From an uncultured delta proteobacterium (GTDB taxonomy: Bacteria > Desulfobacterota > Desulfomonilia > UBA1062), in assembly GCA_963847605.1 (NCBI GenBank), contig CAWKAM010000043.1, positions 7,636 to 71,635 of the forward strand: a stretch of 64,000 nucleotides of DNA, in the 5' to 3' direction. The notes beneath the pieces are model-generated. The model did not search any database and was not told the origin of the DNA. It was given only the letters and a program-made list of their open reading frames with translations. The position numbers were made by a program, and so were the translations under genes. Positions 47,952 through 57,315 of this stretch are shown here, piece after piece; the stretch's first letter is position 1; every line of letters begins with the position of its first letter.

Positions 47952-48917
47952 ATGGCATTGCTCGGGACGCTAAAAGGATTCGGGGTTACTGAGATCTTCC
48001 AGCTTATCTCCCAGCAGATGAAGACAGGGGCGCTGATCCTATCCTCACCTAAGGCTAATGTCACCATCACTTTTGAAAACGGGATCATCGTGGGCATAAC
48101 TTCTGACCAGTGGGAAAGGGATCCTAGGGCCGATGTGCTGCTGAAGGCGGGTTATGTCAACGATAAAGAGCTCAAGGCGGCATTCGAGAGCGAGATGAAG
48201 AATTCTGATCGCTGGCATGAGATATTGATCTCAAAAGGTCAGCTAAAAAAGATCTTCCTGGACCGGGCTACCACCGTCGTGATTAAGCAGATACTGCTTG
48301 AAGTTTTCCAGTGGAGAGAAGGAGGGTATAAGTTCGATGACTGGAACACCGAGTCAGAAAGTATGCTCTCCTGCCATATTCCCACTGAGGGAGCCATCCT
48401 TGACACATTACGCATCATTGATGAATGGCCTACAATCAAGCAGAAGATACCTCCGGTGGATTATTGTCCTGTGACCATCATCCCCATCACCGAAGAGATC
48501 GTCCGCCATCACGACCTATCGGACGTGGATATGCACATCTACGACCTGATTGATGAGAAACGGACCGTCGAGCGGATTGTAAAAGAATCGTTGGAGCCCC
48601 CCTTCGAGGCATTAAGCTCAATTGTCAGGCTCCTGGACATCGGGCTCGTAGAGGTCTTTCCAGAGGGCGCCAGGGACATACGTGATGTCACAATCGCCCG
48701 GAACCTCTTTTTGAGCAAGATCAAACAGGTGGCTCTCTATGTCGTGCTCGTTCTCAGCATCTTCACACTCATAATCATAGGCCAGCCCCGAATTACCAAA
48801 GGGTTCCTCCCCAAGGAGATCAAGACATACCTTAACGACCAGAAGACGGTCCTGCAGCGTTTCAGCGGGAAGCAGACAGCGCTTTCAATGACAGATACAG
48901 ATAACTATGGCCATTGA
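47952..48917 (+). CDS. PATAN (DUF4388) domain protein with a C-terminal TM anchor
   Basis: The N-terminus LLGTLKGFGVTEIFQLISQQMKTGALIL...ITFENGIIVGI matches the DUF4388/PATAN pattern. A C-terminal hydrophobic helix (VALYVVLVLSIFTLIIIG) is present. Confidence 0.7.
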   Translation: MALLGTLKGFGVTEIFQLISQQMKTGALILSSPKANVTITFENGIIVGITSDQWERDPRADVLLKAGYVNDKELKAAFESEMKNSDRWHEILISKGQLKKIFLDRATTVVIKQILLEVFQWREGGYKFDDWNTESESMLSCHIPTEGAILDTLRIIDEWPTIKQKIPPVDYCPVTIIPITEEIVRHHDLSDVDMHIYDLIDEKRTVERIVKESLEPPFEALSSIVRLLDIGLVEVFPEGARDIRDVTIARNLFLSKIKQVALYVVLVLSIFTLIIIGQPRITKGFLPKEIKTYLNDQKTVLQRFSGKQTALSMTDTDNYGH

Positions 48918-50553
48918 GGCGCATCTTCACGGGAGTAAAGGCTACATCGAGGCATCTTCCCTTTTCACAGATATCCGAGTCCACCGTACACCGTAGCGTG
49001 TGAAAGACCCTGTTGGAATGCTTCAGCACGAGTTTGGTCTGCCCGCCTTCAAAGACCCTACACCCAACGATTTCCATGGAGGGGATCAAGAACACCGGTT
49101 CAGGGTTACCCTCGCCGAATGGGGCAAGCAGCTCCAGTTCATCTAAAAAAGCCGGTGTGAGATCAAAGGGGGATATCTTGAGATCTACCTCGAATGTGGT
49201 TAGTTTCCGGTGCATCTGAGTGCCGACGGCCTCATCAAGGGCCGGGGCTAACAACTCAATCTGTTCTTCAGAGATGCTCAAGCCCACGGCCATCTTGTGC
49301 CCTCCAAAACTGTTGAGAAGCCCTGTGGTACTGTTGAGGGCCTGGTGCAGGTCAATACCCACCAGCGACCTGCCTGAACCGATACCGATACCATCCATAA
49401 ACGATATGACTATGGCGGGCCTGGAGAAAATGCTCACCAGCCGCGATGCCACGATTCCCAGGACACCGATGTGCCAGTCATTTCCCCAGACTACGGTCAC
49501 GTTTTGCTCGGAGGGCCGATCCCTCAATTGATCAAGCGCCATCACCAGGACTTTCTGCTCATGGATCTGTCTTTTCCTGTTCAAGCCGTCGAGTTCCTGG
49601 GCCAGGGCCTGTGCCTTCTTCTCATCGTCTGTGGTGAGCAGGTCAAAGGCCTTCCTGGCATCCGATATCCTGCCCGCTGCATTGATCCTTGGACCTAATA
49701 TGAACCCCAGGTCGCGCGAGATGACCTCTTTTTTGATGCCTGCAACCTTTATCAGCGCCGAGATGCCCACCCTCAGCGATGAATTCATGACATTTAATCC
49801 TTCTTTAACGAGAATGCGGTTCACCCCGGAAAGACTGACCGCATCGGCAACTGTGGCCATAGCAACAATATCGAGTTCATCCTTGAGGTTAGGCAGATCC
49901 TGCAGGCCGCGCTCTCTGAGCAAGGAGCGCAATACCACGATAAGGTGGAATACGACCCCTGCACCGCAGAGATCTTCCCCGAAGAACAGACAATCGGTCT
50001 GTTTGGGATTGATGAGAGAGTATGCATCAGGAACCAGCTCATCCACCTCATGGTGGTCAGTGACGATCACATCCATTCCCAGCGACTTTGCGTAGCTCAC
50101 CTCATCAGTGGCAGTAATCCCGCAGTCGGCGGTGATGAGCAGGCTCACACCCCTGGCGTGCAGTTCGTCGATCCCGCGCATGTTAAGGCCGTATCCGTCA
50201 GTGACGCGGTCGGGTATGAAGATTATCGGCGGCTCACAGCCTATACCCACGAGGAAGCGGTGTATGAGAGCTGCGCTGCACACGCCGTCCACATCGTAAT
50301 CCGTAAAGACACCGATGGTTTCTTTCTGATTAATAGCCCTTATGATTCGCTCGCATGCCTTTACTATCCCTTTCATGGACCGAGGGTCTTTGAGCTGCCC
50401 GAGATTCGGCGCAAGAAAGTTCAGCACCTCTTTAGGATCCATCATCCCCCGGCCGCGCACAAGGGACCGAAAGGCCGGAGTGAACCTCAGAGACGGCAAC
50501 GCAGTCTCATCGACCTGCCCTCGGATCACCCATTCGGGAGATATACATATCAT
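48862..50553 (-). CDS. recJ: single-stranded-DNA-specific exonuclease RecJ
   Basis: The DHH motifs are VFTDYDVDGV, ITADCG and VTDHH, and the DHHA1 motif is GGHKMAVG. ATG at 50553 with an AAGGAAAGAGG Shine-Dalgarno-like sequence is preferred over TTG at 50589. Confidence 0.9.
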   Translation of the reverse strand: MICISPEWVIRGQVDETALPSLRFTPAFRSLVRGRGMMDPKEVLNFLAPNLGQLKDPRSMKGIVKACERIIRAINQKETIGVFTDYDVDGVCSAALIHRFLVGIGCEPPIIFIPDRVTDGYGLNMRGIDELHARGVSLLITADCGITATDEVSYAKSLGMDVIVTDHHEVDELVPDAYSLINPKQTDCLFFGEDLCGAGVVFHLIVVLRSLLRERGLQDLPNLKDELDIVAMATVADAVSLSGVNRILVKEGLNVMNSSLRVGISALIKVAGIKKEVISRDLGFILGPRINAAGRISDARKAFDLLTTDDEKKAQALAQELDGLNRKRQIHEQKVLVMALDQLRDRPSEQNVTVVWGNDWHIGVLGIVASRLVSIFSRPAIVISFMDGIGIGSGRSLVGIDLHQALNSTTGLLNSFGGHKMAVGLSISEEQIELLAPALDEAVGTQMHRKLTTFEVDLKISPFDLTPAFLDELELLAPFGEGNPEPVFLIPSMEIVGCRVFEGGQTKLVLKHSNRVFHTLRCTVDSDICEKGRCLDVAFTPVKMRLNGHSYLYLSLKALSASR

Positions 50554-50585
50554 GCCTCTTTCCTTAACCCTGCTGCGGGAGTAAG

Positions 50586-51353
50586 TCAAGAAGGGCCGGC
50601 GAAGCTTATACAGCCTTCCAGCGCCTGTCTCGTGCGAGGCATGTCGACAGGCTTCACCTCCATGGAGATGGTTGAATCGTATCCCGTACCTAAGAGAGAG
50701 GATATGATAGCCTGAAAATCAACACTCCCCTCTCCCAGGGGGAGATGCAGATCGTCCTTCACGCTTGTCCCCCCGTGGTTGTCATGAACGTGTACATGTG
50801 CAATCTTCTCGGGGCAGTTATCTATGAAGCGGTAAGACGTGTTCACCTTGGCCAGAAGCTGAGCATGGCCGATGTCCAAGGTCATCCTAAGATCGCCGAT
50901 GGCCTCGAATGCAGCCTGGAAACTATCATAGCGTTCGCTTAAATTTTCTATACAGATCACCATGCCCGCCTTTGATGCATAGCCTACCATCTCTTTAAGG
51001 AGTTCGAGCTTTTGAGGGATAAGTCCTTCCGGGGCCCATCTCTTATCGATCCAGAAATGCATGGTCGCCTTATCGATCCCCAGCTGCCGAGAGAGGTCTG
51101 TGAGAGCCTTAATCCGCGGCAGGAAACGTTCTTTGAGGATGCCGATATCGAATGGGTTGTCTTCGTTGGGGAAATGGGCAAGATATGAAATGCCGTAGAT
51201 TTCCTTCAGTTCGAGAAGCGTAGGAATCCAGCGAAAAACCGTTTCCGGTTCATCCAGAGACATCTCCACAAAAGGCAGGCCGAGTCGCCCAACCTCATGA
51301 ACCTCTTCTATGGTATGTGCCCTTCCCCCGATGGTAACTACGCTTCTCTTCAT
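50586..51353 (-). CDS. sugar phosphate isomerase/epimerase (xylose-isomerase-like TIM barrel)
   Basis: The family pattern is present, with a conserved HVHVHDN and ENL..., and the length is about 255 aa. Confidence 0.75.
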   Translation of the reverse strand: MKRSVVTIGGRAHTIEEVHEVGRLGLPFVEMSLDEPETVFRWIPTLLELKEIYGISYLAHFPNEDNPFDIGILKERFLPRIKALTDLSRQLGIDKATMHFWIDKRWAPEGLIPQKLELLKEMVGYASKAGMVICIENLSERYDSFQAAFEAIGDLRMTLDIGHAQLLAKVNTSYRFIDNCPEKIAHVHVHDNHGGTSVKDDLHLPLGEGSVDFQAIISSLLGTGYDSTISMEVKPVDMPRTRQALEGCISFAGPS

Positions 51354-51507
51354 GTTTTCGCCGATTCATCCCTTGGATGTCATCTGTGGCTCTGTTAATG
51401 AAGTCTACTCATCTGAAAAAACTGTCCCGAGATATATGAGTCATTTGAAATTCGCTGACATGAAAGAAATCTCAATGCGCCGCTTATCCTAAAAAAAGCA
51501 ATTTGAA

Positions 51508-52866
51508 TTATGTGCTTGTTTCGTCCGTACCGGTAAGCGGTCTGACCATAAGATCCATGCCGAAAAGGTCCACCACCTTCACCTGCTCACCCGCCTTCAA
51601 GGTGGAAGGGCCTTTGGCATTCCAGTACTCACCGTGACAGAAGACTTTTCCTGTACCGTCCTCGTTCCAGACAAATACCGTAGCAATCTCATCCTTTAAT
51701 CCTTCTGCGCCGACCCTGGACGTCCTCCGCTGGGCCTTGACCACAAGGTAGATGGTAGCGGCAAAGAACGCGGCAAAAAAGAATGTGACAGGCAGAATAA
51801 GCCCATAGGAAACCTGGGCATAGAGTTCAGGCGTCCTGAAGAGCAAGAGCGAGCCCAACACCATGGATACGATGCCGCCCACAGTGAGCAAGCCGTAACT
51901 GGGCACCTTGATCTCGGCAATGAACATGATTACGGCAAGCAGGATGAGCGCGACCCCGGCATAATTCACCGGCAAGGTCTGGAATGCGAAAAAGGCAAGG
52001 ATAAGAGAGATGCCGCCGATGACGCCGGGCAGAACAGCCCCCGGGCTTGAAAGCTCGAAGTAGATACCAGCAAGCCCTATGAGCATAAGGATGTAGGCTA
52101 TGTTGGGATTCGAGAGTGTGGAAAGCAGGTGATACCTGAATCCCATGGGCTTAAACACCAGGTTGGCCTGCCTGGTATGGAGCACAAAGGTGTTTATATT
52201 TTTCTTGATCTTCCTGCCATCAAGCTTGGTCAAAAGATCGTCCATGTCCTGGGCCACGATGTCGATGACACCTTTGGCGAGTGCATCCTGGGATGGTGTG
52301 GATATGCTCTTTCGCACGATATCCTCGGCCCACTGCTCGCTCCTGCCACGTTCCCGGGCAATGCTTTTGGCATAGGCAACGGCATCATTGGTCACCTTGT
52401 TCACCATGATGCTGTTTTTACCCTCTTTATCATCGCCGCCGCCTATATCCACGGGGTGTGCAGCACCGATATTAGTCCCGGGTGCCATGGCCGCCACATC
52501 CGAAGCCAATGTAATAAGGGCACCTGCAGAGGCTGCCCGTGCACCCTTGGGAGAAACATAGACGATCACCGGGACGTTTGCATTCATCTCCTTTTGGATA
52601 ATATCACGCATGGCGGTATCCAGCCCCCCAGGCGTGTCAAGGCGTATGATAATTGCGGCCTTGTTGGTCTGGACTGCATCATCGATGTTCTCCATAATGA
52701 AAGAAGCAATAGGAGGGCTGATGGCATCCCTGACATCAATGACGAGGATATCGGCTGCGCGGAGACTTAAAGGCCCTGAAAAAAGCAAAACAATCAGGGC
52801 AGCACAGTTGATCAGCGCGGTAGAGCTAACCCAAGTACTTCCATTACCTTCTTGATATCTTCCCAT
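51508..52866 (-). CDS. NfeD-family membrane-bound ClpP-class serine protease
   Basis: The ClpP-like N-domain includes IIIRLDTPGG and SAGALI. It is followed by 4-5 TM helices and a C-terminal OB-fold (GEYWNAKG...VKVVDLFGMDLMV). The start is uncertain, because the ATG at 52866 overlaps the upstream gene by 55 nt. Confidence 0.85.
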   Translation of the reverse strand: MGRYQEGNGSTWVSSTALINCAALIVLLFSGPLSLRAADILVIDVRDAISPPIASFIMENIDDAVQTNKAAIIIRLDTPGGLDTAMRDIIQKEMNANVPVIVYVSPKGARAASAGALITLASDVAAMAPGTNIGAAHPVDIGGGDDKEGKNSIMVNKVTNDAVAYAKSIARERGRSEQWAEDIVRKSISTPSQDALAKGVIDIVAQDMDDLLTKLDGRKIKKNINTFVLHTRQANLVFKPMGFRYHLLSTLSNPNIAYILMLIGLAGIYFELSSPGAVLPGVIGGISLILAFFAFQTLPVNYAGVALILLAVIMFIAEIKVPSYGLLTVGGIVSMVLGSLLLFRTPELYAQVSYGLILPVTFFFAAFFAATIYLVVKAQRRTSRVGAEGLKDEIATVFVWNEDGTGKVFCHGEYWNAKGPSTLKAGEQVKVVDLFGMDLMVRPLTGTDETST

Positions 52867-53492
52867 ACATCCCTCTTTTTTGATGGGTTCTGCAACAGAT
52901 AACTCGGGTGATAGGTCGGCATGACAGGGATCCCCCGATACTCCTTGAATATACCCCTAAGCCTGCTGATCGGTGTAGTCTCATCCAGGAGGCTATGGGC
53001 TGCGATCCTGCCCAAGGCCACAATGATCTTAGGGTTAACGGCCTGGATCTGTGTATGAAGAAATCCAATACACCTGCCCACCTCATCCGGCAGCGGGTCC
53101 CGGTTATCAGGCGGCCTGCACTTGAGGATATTGGCAATGTAGACATCCTGTCTCTTGAGGCCCATACCCTTTTCTATGATATCCGTCAGGAGGTTGCCTG
53201 CAGGGCCCACAAAGGGCCTGCCTGTCTTATCCTCCACTGCCCCCGGCGCCTCTCCTATAAACATGACCGATGCATCCGGATTACCCTCACCGAATACAAC
53301 ATTTTTCCTGGTACGGCTTAATCCACATGAGGTACATTCACCGATCACCTTTACGATACGCTCCAGCTCATGCTCAGCACCAAGATGTGCCTGCGGGTCC
53401 GAAGGCCTCGAAACCCCAAACTCCGGCAGTATAAGAAAAGGACCTGCCCACTGGGCCTCAACACGCAGGAGTTCTATGATCTGTTCCCTCAC
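52812..53492 (-). CDS. uracil-DNA glycosylase, family 4
   Basis: The protein carries CTSCGL...VFGEGNPDASVMFIGEAPGAVED...GRPFVGPAG and HPSYLL. Confidence 0.9.
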   Translation of the reverse strand: MREQIIELLRVEAQWAGPFLILPEFGVSRPSDPQAHLGAEHELERIVKVIGECTSCGLSRTRKNVVFGEGNPDASVMFIGEAPGAVEDKTGRPFVGPAGNLLTDIIEKGMGLKRQDVYIANILKCRPPDNRDPLPDEVGRCIGFLHTQIQAVNPKIIVALGRIAAHSLLDETTPISRLRGIFKEYRGIPVMPTYHPSYLLQNPSKKRDVWEDIKKVMEVLGLALPR

Positions 53493-54703
53493 AGCCTTTC
53501 TTTCACGAGGTCAAGGATCTTGTGGGCGAGCACCTCTTTTGCCATGTGCTCAAAATCGTAGATCACGCCTTCCGGGGAGAGTATTACTCCACTGTTGGTG
53601 TCGGAAGCAAAACCGGTGTTCGACTCACCGACCCGGTTTGCCACGATCATGTCGAGCCCTTTCCTGACCATCTTGTCCTGGGCATAGCTCTTGAGATTTT
53701 CCGTCTCAGCGGCGAAGCCGACAAATATTTTTGACTCCTTCATCGTGCGAATCGTTGCAAGGATGTCGGGTGTTGATGCAAGCTCTATATGGGCCGTCTT
53801 CTCGCCCTTCTTGATTTTGCTTTTTGAGTAGGTGTGGGGGGTGTAGTCCGCCACTGCGGCAGCCATAATGAGAATGTCAGCATCTAAGAGGTTCTCTTTT
53901 ACGGATGCGAGCATCTCCTGGGCGGAGCGGACATCTATCACGGTGGCCCATGGCGCATACTCAACAGGGACTGGTCCGCTGATCACCTTCACCCTGCCCC
54001 CCCTGAGGCAGCATGCCTCAACAATGGCGGCCCCCATTTTGCCTGTGGACCTGTTGGTGATAAAACGTACAGGGTCGATATCCTCGTATGTAGGGCCCGA
54101 GGTGATGAGGATGTTGATGCCTGCAAGGTCGCGCTGGGAAAGTAACATCTTCACCTCCGCGATGATCCGCTCGGGCTCCGGCAACCTTCCCGCCCCTTCC
54201 CATCCACATGCAAGCTCGCCTGTCGCCGGCTCAAGCACATGGATGCCCCTGACCTTAATGGCTTCCAGGTTGTCCTGGGTTGCCCTGTTGGCAAGCATAT
54301 TCACGTTCATGGACGGACAGACAAGGACAGGGGCCTTGGTGGCAAGCACCGTACAGGTCAATAGGTCGTCCGCAATGCCATGGGCCAACTTTGCAATGAA
54401 ATTCGCCGTGGCCGGTGCGATGAGGAAGAGATCCGCCTTGTCTGCAAGCGCAATGTGGTCGATTTCATAAGCCCCTGATTGTGTTGCGGGAAACATCTCG
54501 GTATGCACGAGTCTGTTGGTCAGTGTCTGGAGGACAAGGGGCGTCACAAAGTGCTGCGCAGCCTGGCTCATCACCGCATGTACGTCAAGGCCGAGCTGCT
54601 TGAGGCCACGTACAATAAGCGGTGCCTTATAGGCCGCTATCCCGCCGGTTATGCCGAATACAACCGTCTTGCCCTCTAGATCTTCTCCTGGGGTACCATC
54701 CAT
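53489..54703 (-). CDS. coaBC: bifunctional phosphopantothenoylcysteine decarboxylase / phosphopantothenate--cysteine ligase
   Basis: The flavoprotein N-domain includes GITGGIAAYK and PAMN-like CPSMNVNM. The CoaB C-domain includes ITSGPTYEDIDPVRFITNRSTGKMG. Confidence 0.95.
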   Translation of the reverse strand: MDGTPGEDLEGKTVVFGITGGIAAYKAPLIVRGLKQLGLDVHAVMSQAAQHFVTPLVLQTLTNRLVHTEMFPATQSGAYEIDHIALADKADLFLIAPATANFIAKLAHGIADDLLTCTVLATKAPVLVCPSMNVNMLANRATQDNLEAIKVRGIHVLEPATGELACGWEGAGRLPEPERIIAEVKMLLSQRDLAGINILITSGPTYEDIDPVRFITNRSTGKMGAAIVEACCLRGGRVKVISGPVPVEYAPWATVIDVRSAQEMLASVKENLLDADILIMAAAVADYTPHTYSKSKIKKGEKTAHIELASTPDILATIRTMKESKIFVGFAAETENLKSYAQDKMVRKGLDMIVANRVGESNTGFASDTNSGVILSPEGVIYDFEHMAKEVLAHKILDLVKERL

Positions 54704-55095
54704 ATCTCCACCCTTGTCGAAAGGGGATTCTCTGCAATCAGGATCTCAGCAAACTTGTCCTGTTTCTTAAAGAATAGCTTAATGTTGCCAAGAAACTTAT
54801 ACTGGCTCAGGGAAACCCAGCCTTCAGAGTTCATGGAGGTGATGAAAAACTGCGAAAGAGACTCGGGCTCTATTCGGCCCGAGACAACCAGCCTTCCGAA
54901 CCCGTTGGTGATACTACACTCCTTGGGCACCCTTTCGAGCTCGCCGGGGATGAGTATGTCGGCAAAATCAAGATACCTCGGCGACGGCCGTGTCTCTTGA
55001 CTTGAAGACTCATTCGAAGTGACGCTCTTTAACTGGGCGCAACCGGCTAGCATAAGCACCAAAACAAGACTCATCAATACAGCTCTTCTCATCAT
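54676..55095 (-). CDS. small lipoprotein, unknown function
   Basis: The signal peptide and lipobox are LMLAGC. I recognised no family. Confidence 0.55.
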   Translation of the reverse strand: MMRRAVLMSLVLVLMLAGCAQLKSVTSNESSSQETRPSPRYLDFADILIPGELERVPKECSITNGFGRLVVSGRIEPESLSQFFITSMNSEGWVSLSQYKFLGNIKLFFKKQDKFAEILIAENPLSTRVEIWMVPQEKI

Positions 55096-55103
55096 TATCC
55101 TCC

Positions 55104-55730
55104 CTAAAGGAATGGATTATACCTGCGCTCGACCCCGAGGGTAGTTGCAGGTCCATGTCCGGGCAGCACCTTCATATCGTCCCCTAAGGGCAACAGCTTG
55201 GTCTTGATGGATGCGATCAACGTATGATAGTCACCGCCGGGAAGGTCCGTTCTCCCGATAGAACCCGCAAAAAGGGTATCTCCCGCAAAACAGAGTTTCT
55301 TATCGGAAGTGACGAGCGAAATGCCGCCCGGCGAATGTCCGGGGGTATCCAGGACAGACAGGGAAATACCGTCGCCCAGAGAGATTACCTCACCTTCGCT
55401 CAAGAATCGGTCCGGGTCCGGAGGCTGCTCAATACGAATCCCGAAGAGCCTGCCCATACGCGATGCAGCCTGCAACAAGGGCAATTCCGCCTCATGCATC
55501 ATGATCTGTGCACCCGTTACATCCTTGATCTGCCTGATAGCCCCGATGTGGTCCACATGTGCATGAGTATTCACAACAGCCATGACCGTAAGGCCCATGG
55601 AGTCTATCAGGCGCAGGATCTTGTCCGCTTCTCCCCCCGGGTCTATCACAATGGCCTGATGCGTCTGTTCATCCCCGAGGATGAAGCAGTTCGTCATGAA
55701 CTCCGTAACCACAACCGTATTGAGCAGCAT
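55104..55730 (-). CDS. MBL-fold metallo-hydrolase (glyoxalase II-like)
   Basis: The motifs THAHVDH, TPGHSPG and LPGHG are present. Confidence 0.9.
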   Translation of the reverse strand: MLLNTVVVTEFMTNCFILGDEQTHQAIVIDPGGEADKILRLIDSMGLTVMAVVNTHAHVDHIGAIRQIKDVTGAQIMMHEAELPLLQAASRMGRLFGIRIEQPPDPDRFLSEGEVISLGDGISLSVLDTPGHSPGGISLVTSDKKLCFAGDTLFAGSIGRTDLPGGDYHTLIASIKTKLLPLGDDMKVLPGHGPATTLGVERRYNPFL

Positions 55731-55923
55731 CGATCTCTCCCATCGCTACTGGACCTTAATTTATCTCAATAATAGCATGTTAACGTCAGAACACACATAC
55801 TAAATAGTATACCAGCCAGTTTAGGTCAACTGCCATCACCCCTTTCTTCATGAAACCTAAATCCGAATAATTCTTTCCCGGAGATAAAGTTTTCCATGCA
55901 TAAATCCGATTACATCTACTGGT

Positions 55924-57315
55924 ATGGCACACATTCTCATAGTAGAAGACGACATCAACCTGGGACAGGTCATCTTCCAGGAATTGAAGAGGCACAATCA
56001 CGAGGTGGAGCTCGTAGAGAATGCCGAAGCAGCGCTTGTACGCTTGGGAAAATATATCTATGATCTTATGCTCACCGACCTGAAGCTTCCTGGCATTGAC
56101 GGTATCGAGCTCCTGAAGCGGGTCAAGGCGACCAACCCCACCACTATTGTGCTTGTCATGACCGGATATGCCTCTGTGGACACAGCCGTTGTGGCCATGA
56201 AAAACGGAGCCCAGGATTTCATTCAGAAACCCTTCGGTTTGCATGAACTGGTACAGAAAATCGATGATGCCCTGGCTATCAAACGGATGAAAAATGAGAT
56301 TGATTACCTGCGGCATGCCCAAGAAGACGTTATCTACCGTACTGCCGACATTGTGGGAGTAAGCCAGGCGCTCAAAAAGGTGCTCAAGCTTGTAGAGAAA
56401 GTTGCCAAGGCCGATTCCACCATGCTCGTCACCGGCGAAACAGGCGTAGGCAAGGGGCTTATTGCAGGGGCCATTCACCATAACTCAAGCCGGAGCGGGA
56501 ACAACTTCGTACAGGTCAACTGCGCAGCACTGCCTCAAAACATACTTGAAAGCGAGCTGTTCGGACACGAGAAGGGTGCCTTTACAGGGGCCGTGCGGAT
56601 GCGTATCGGCAGGGTGGAGCAGGCGAACATGGGGACCATCTTCCTCGACGAGATCGGAGATATGGATCTGGGCCTGCAGTCAAAGATATTAAGGGTGCTG
56701 GAAGAGAGGGAATTTGAGAGGGTCGGGGGAGAGCGTACCATCAAAGTGGACGTGCGCGTGATAGCTGCAACCAACCAGGACCTGCATACCCTCGTGGAAC
56801 AGGGTAAATTCCGTGAGGATCTTTATTATCGGATCAATGTAGTCAATATCCACATCCCGCCCATTCGTCAACGCAAGGAGGATATCGAGCCTCTGGTGAC
56901 CTACTTCATCAAAAAGTACTGCAGAGAGTTCAACAAAACCGAGATGGATATAGAACCTCAAGCCCTTGCCGCCATCACAGAATACGAATGGCCCGGCAAC
57001 GTCCGTGAGATCAGGAACTGTATCGAAAGGGCAGTGCTGCTGGCAGAAGGGAATGTAGTAAGAGTCCACGACATCTCCATACTCCATCCAGGCCAGAGCC
57101 AGGCTCCCTTAGCCCAGGACGGAGGGAATGGTGATCATAAAAAGTCCATGTCGACTCTGGCGCTGTCCGAACGCGATATGATTCTCGAAGCGCTGAAGAA
57201 GAACGATTGGATCCAAAAAGAAGCTGCCCACGCCCTCGGGATCAGCAAGAGGGTGATCCATTATAAAATCAGGAAATACGGCATCACACATCCCCGGTGG
57301 ATCAAGAACCGATAA
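55924..57315 (+). CDS. sigma-54-dependent response regulator (NtrC/AtoC family)
   Basis: The receiver domain is ILIVEDD...DLMLTDLKLPGIDG. The AAA+ domain carries GETGVGKG and GAFTGA, and a C-terminal Fis-type HTH is present. Confidence 0.95.
   Translation: MAHILIVEDDINLGQVIFQELKRHNHEVELVENAEAALVRLGKYIYDLMLTDLKLPGIDGIELLKRVKATNPTTIVLVMTGYASVDTAVVAMKNGAQDFIQKPFGLHELVQKIDDALAIKRMKNEIDYLRHAQEDVIYRTADIVGVSQALKKVLKLVEKVAKADSTMLVTGETGVGKGLIAGAIHHNSSRSGNNFVQVNCAALPQNILESELFGHEKGAFTGAVRMRIGRVEQANMGTIFLDEIGDMDLGLQSKILRVLEEREFERVGGERTIKVDVRVIAATNQDLHTLVEQGKFREDLYYRINVVNIHIPPIRQRKEDIEPLVTYFIKKYCREFNKTEMDIEPQALAAITEYEWPGNVREIRNCIERAVLLAEGNVVRVHDISILHPGQSQAPLAQDGGNGDHKKSMSTLALSERDMILEALKKNDWIQKEAAHALGISKRVIHYKIRKYGITHPRWIKNR

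Noticed and set aside
48862-48917. The recJ 3' end and the PATAN gene 3' end overlap convergently by 56 nt. There are also several long same-strand overlaps (8109/8152, 39885/39928, 52812/52866, 63048/63115).
   Set aside because: These are most simply explained by uncertain start-codon choice or slightly extended C-termini in a compact genome. No conserved motif lies within the overlapped segments, so I do not treat them as evidence of recoding.
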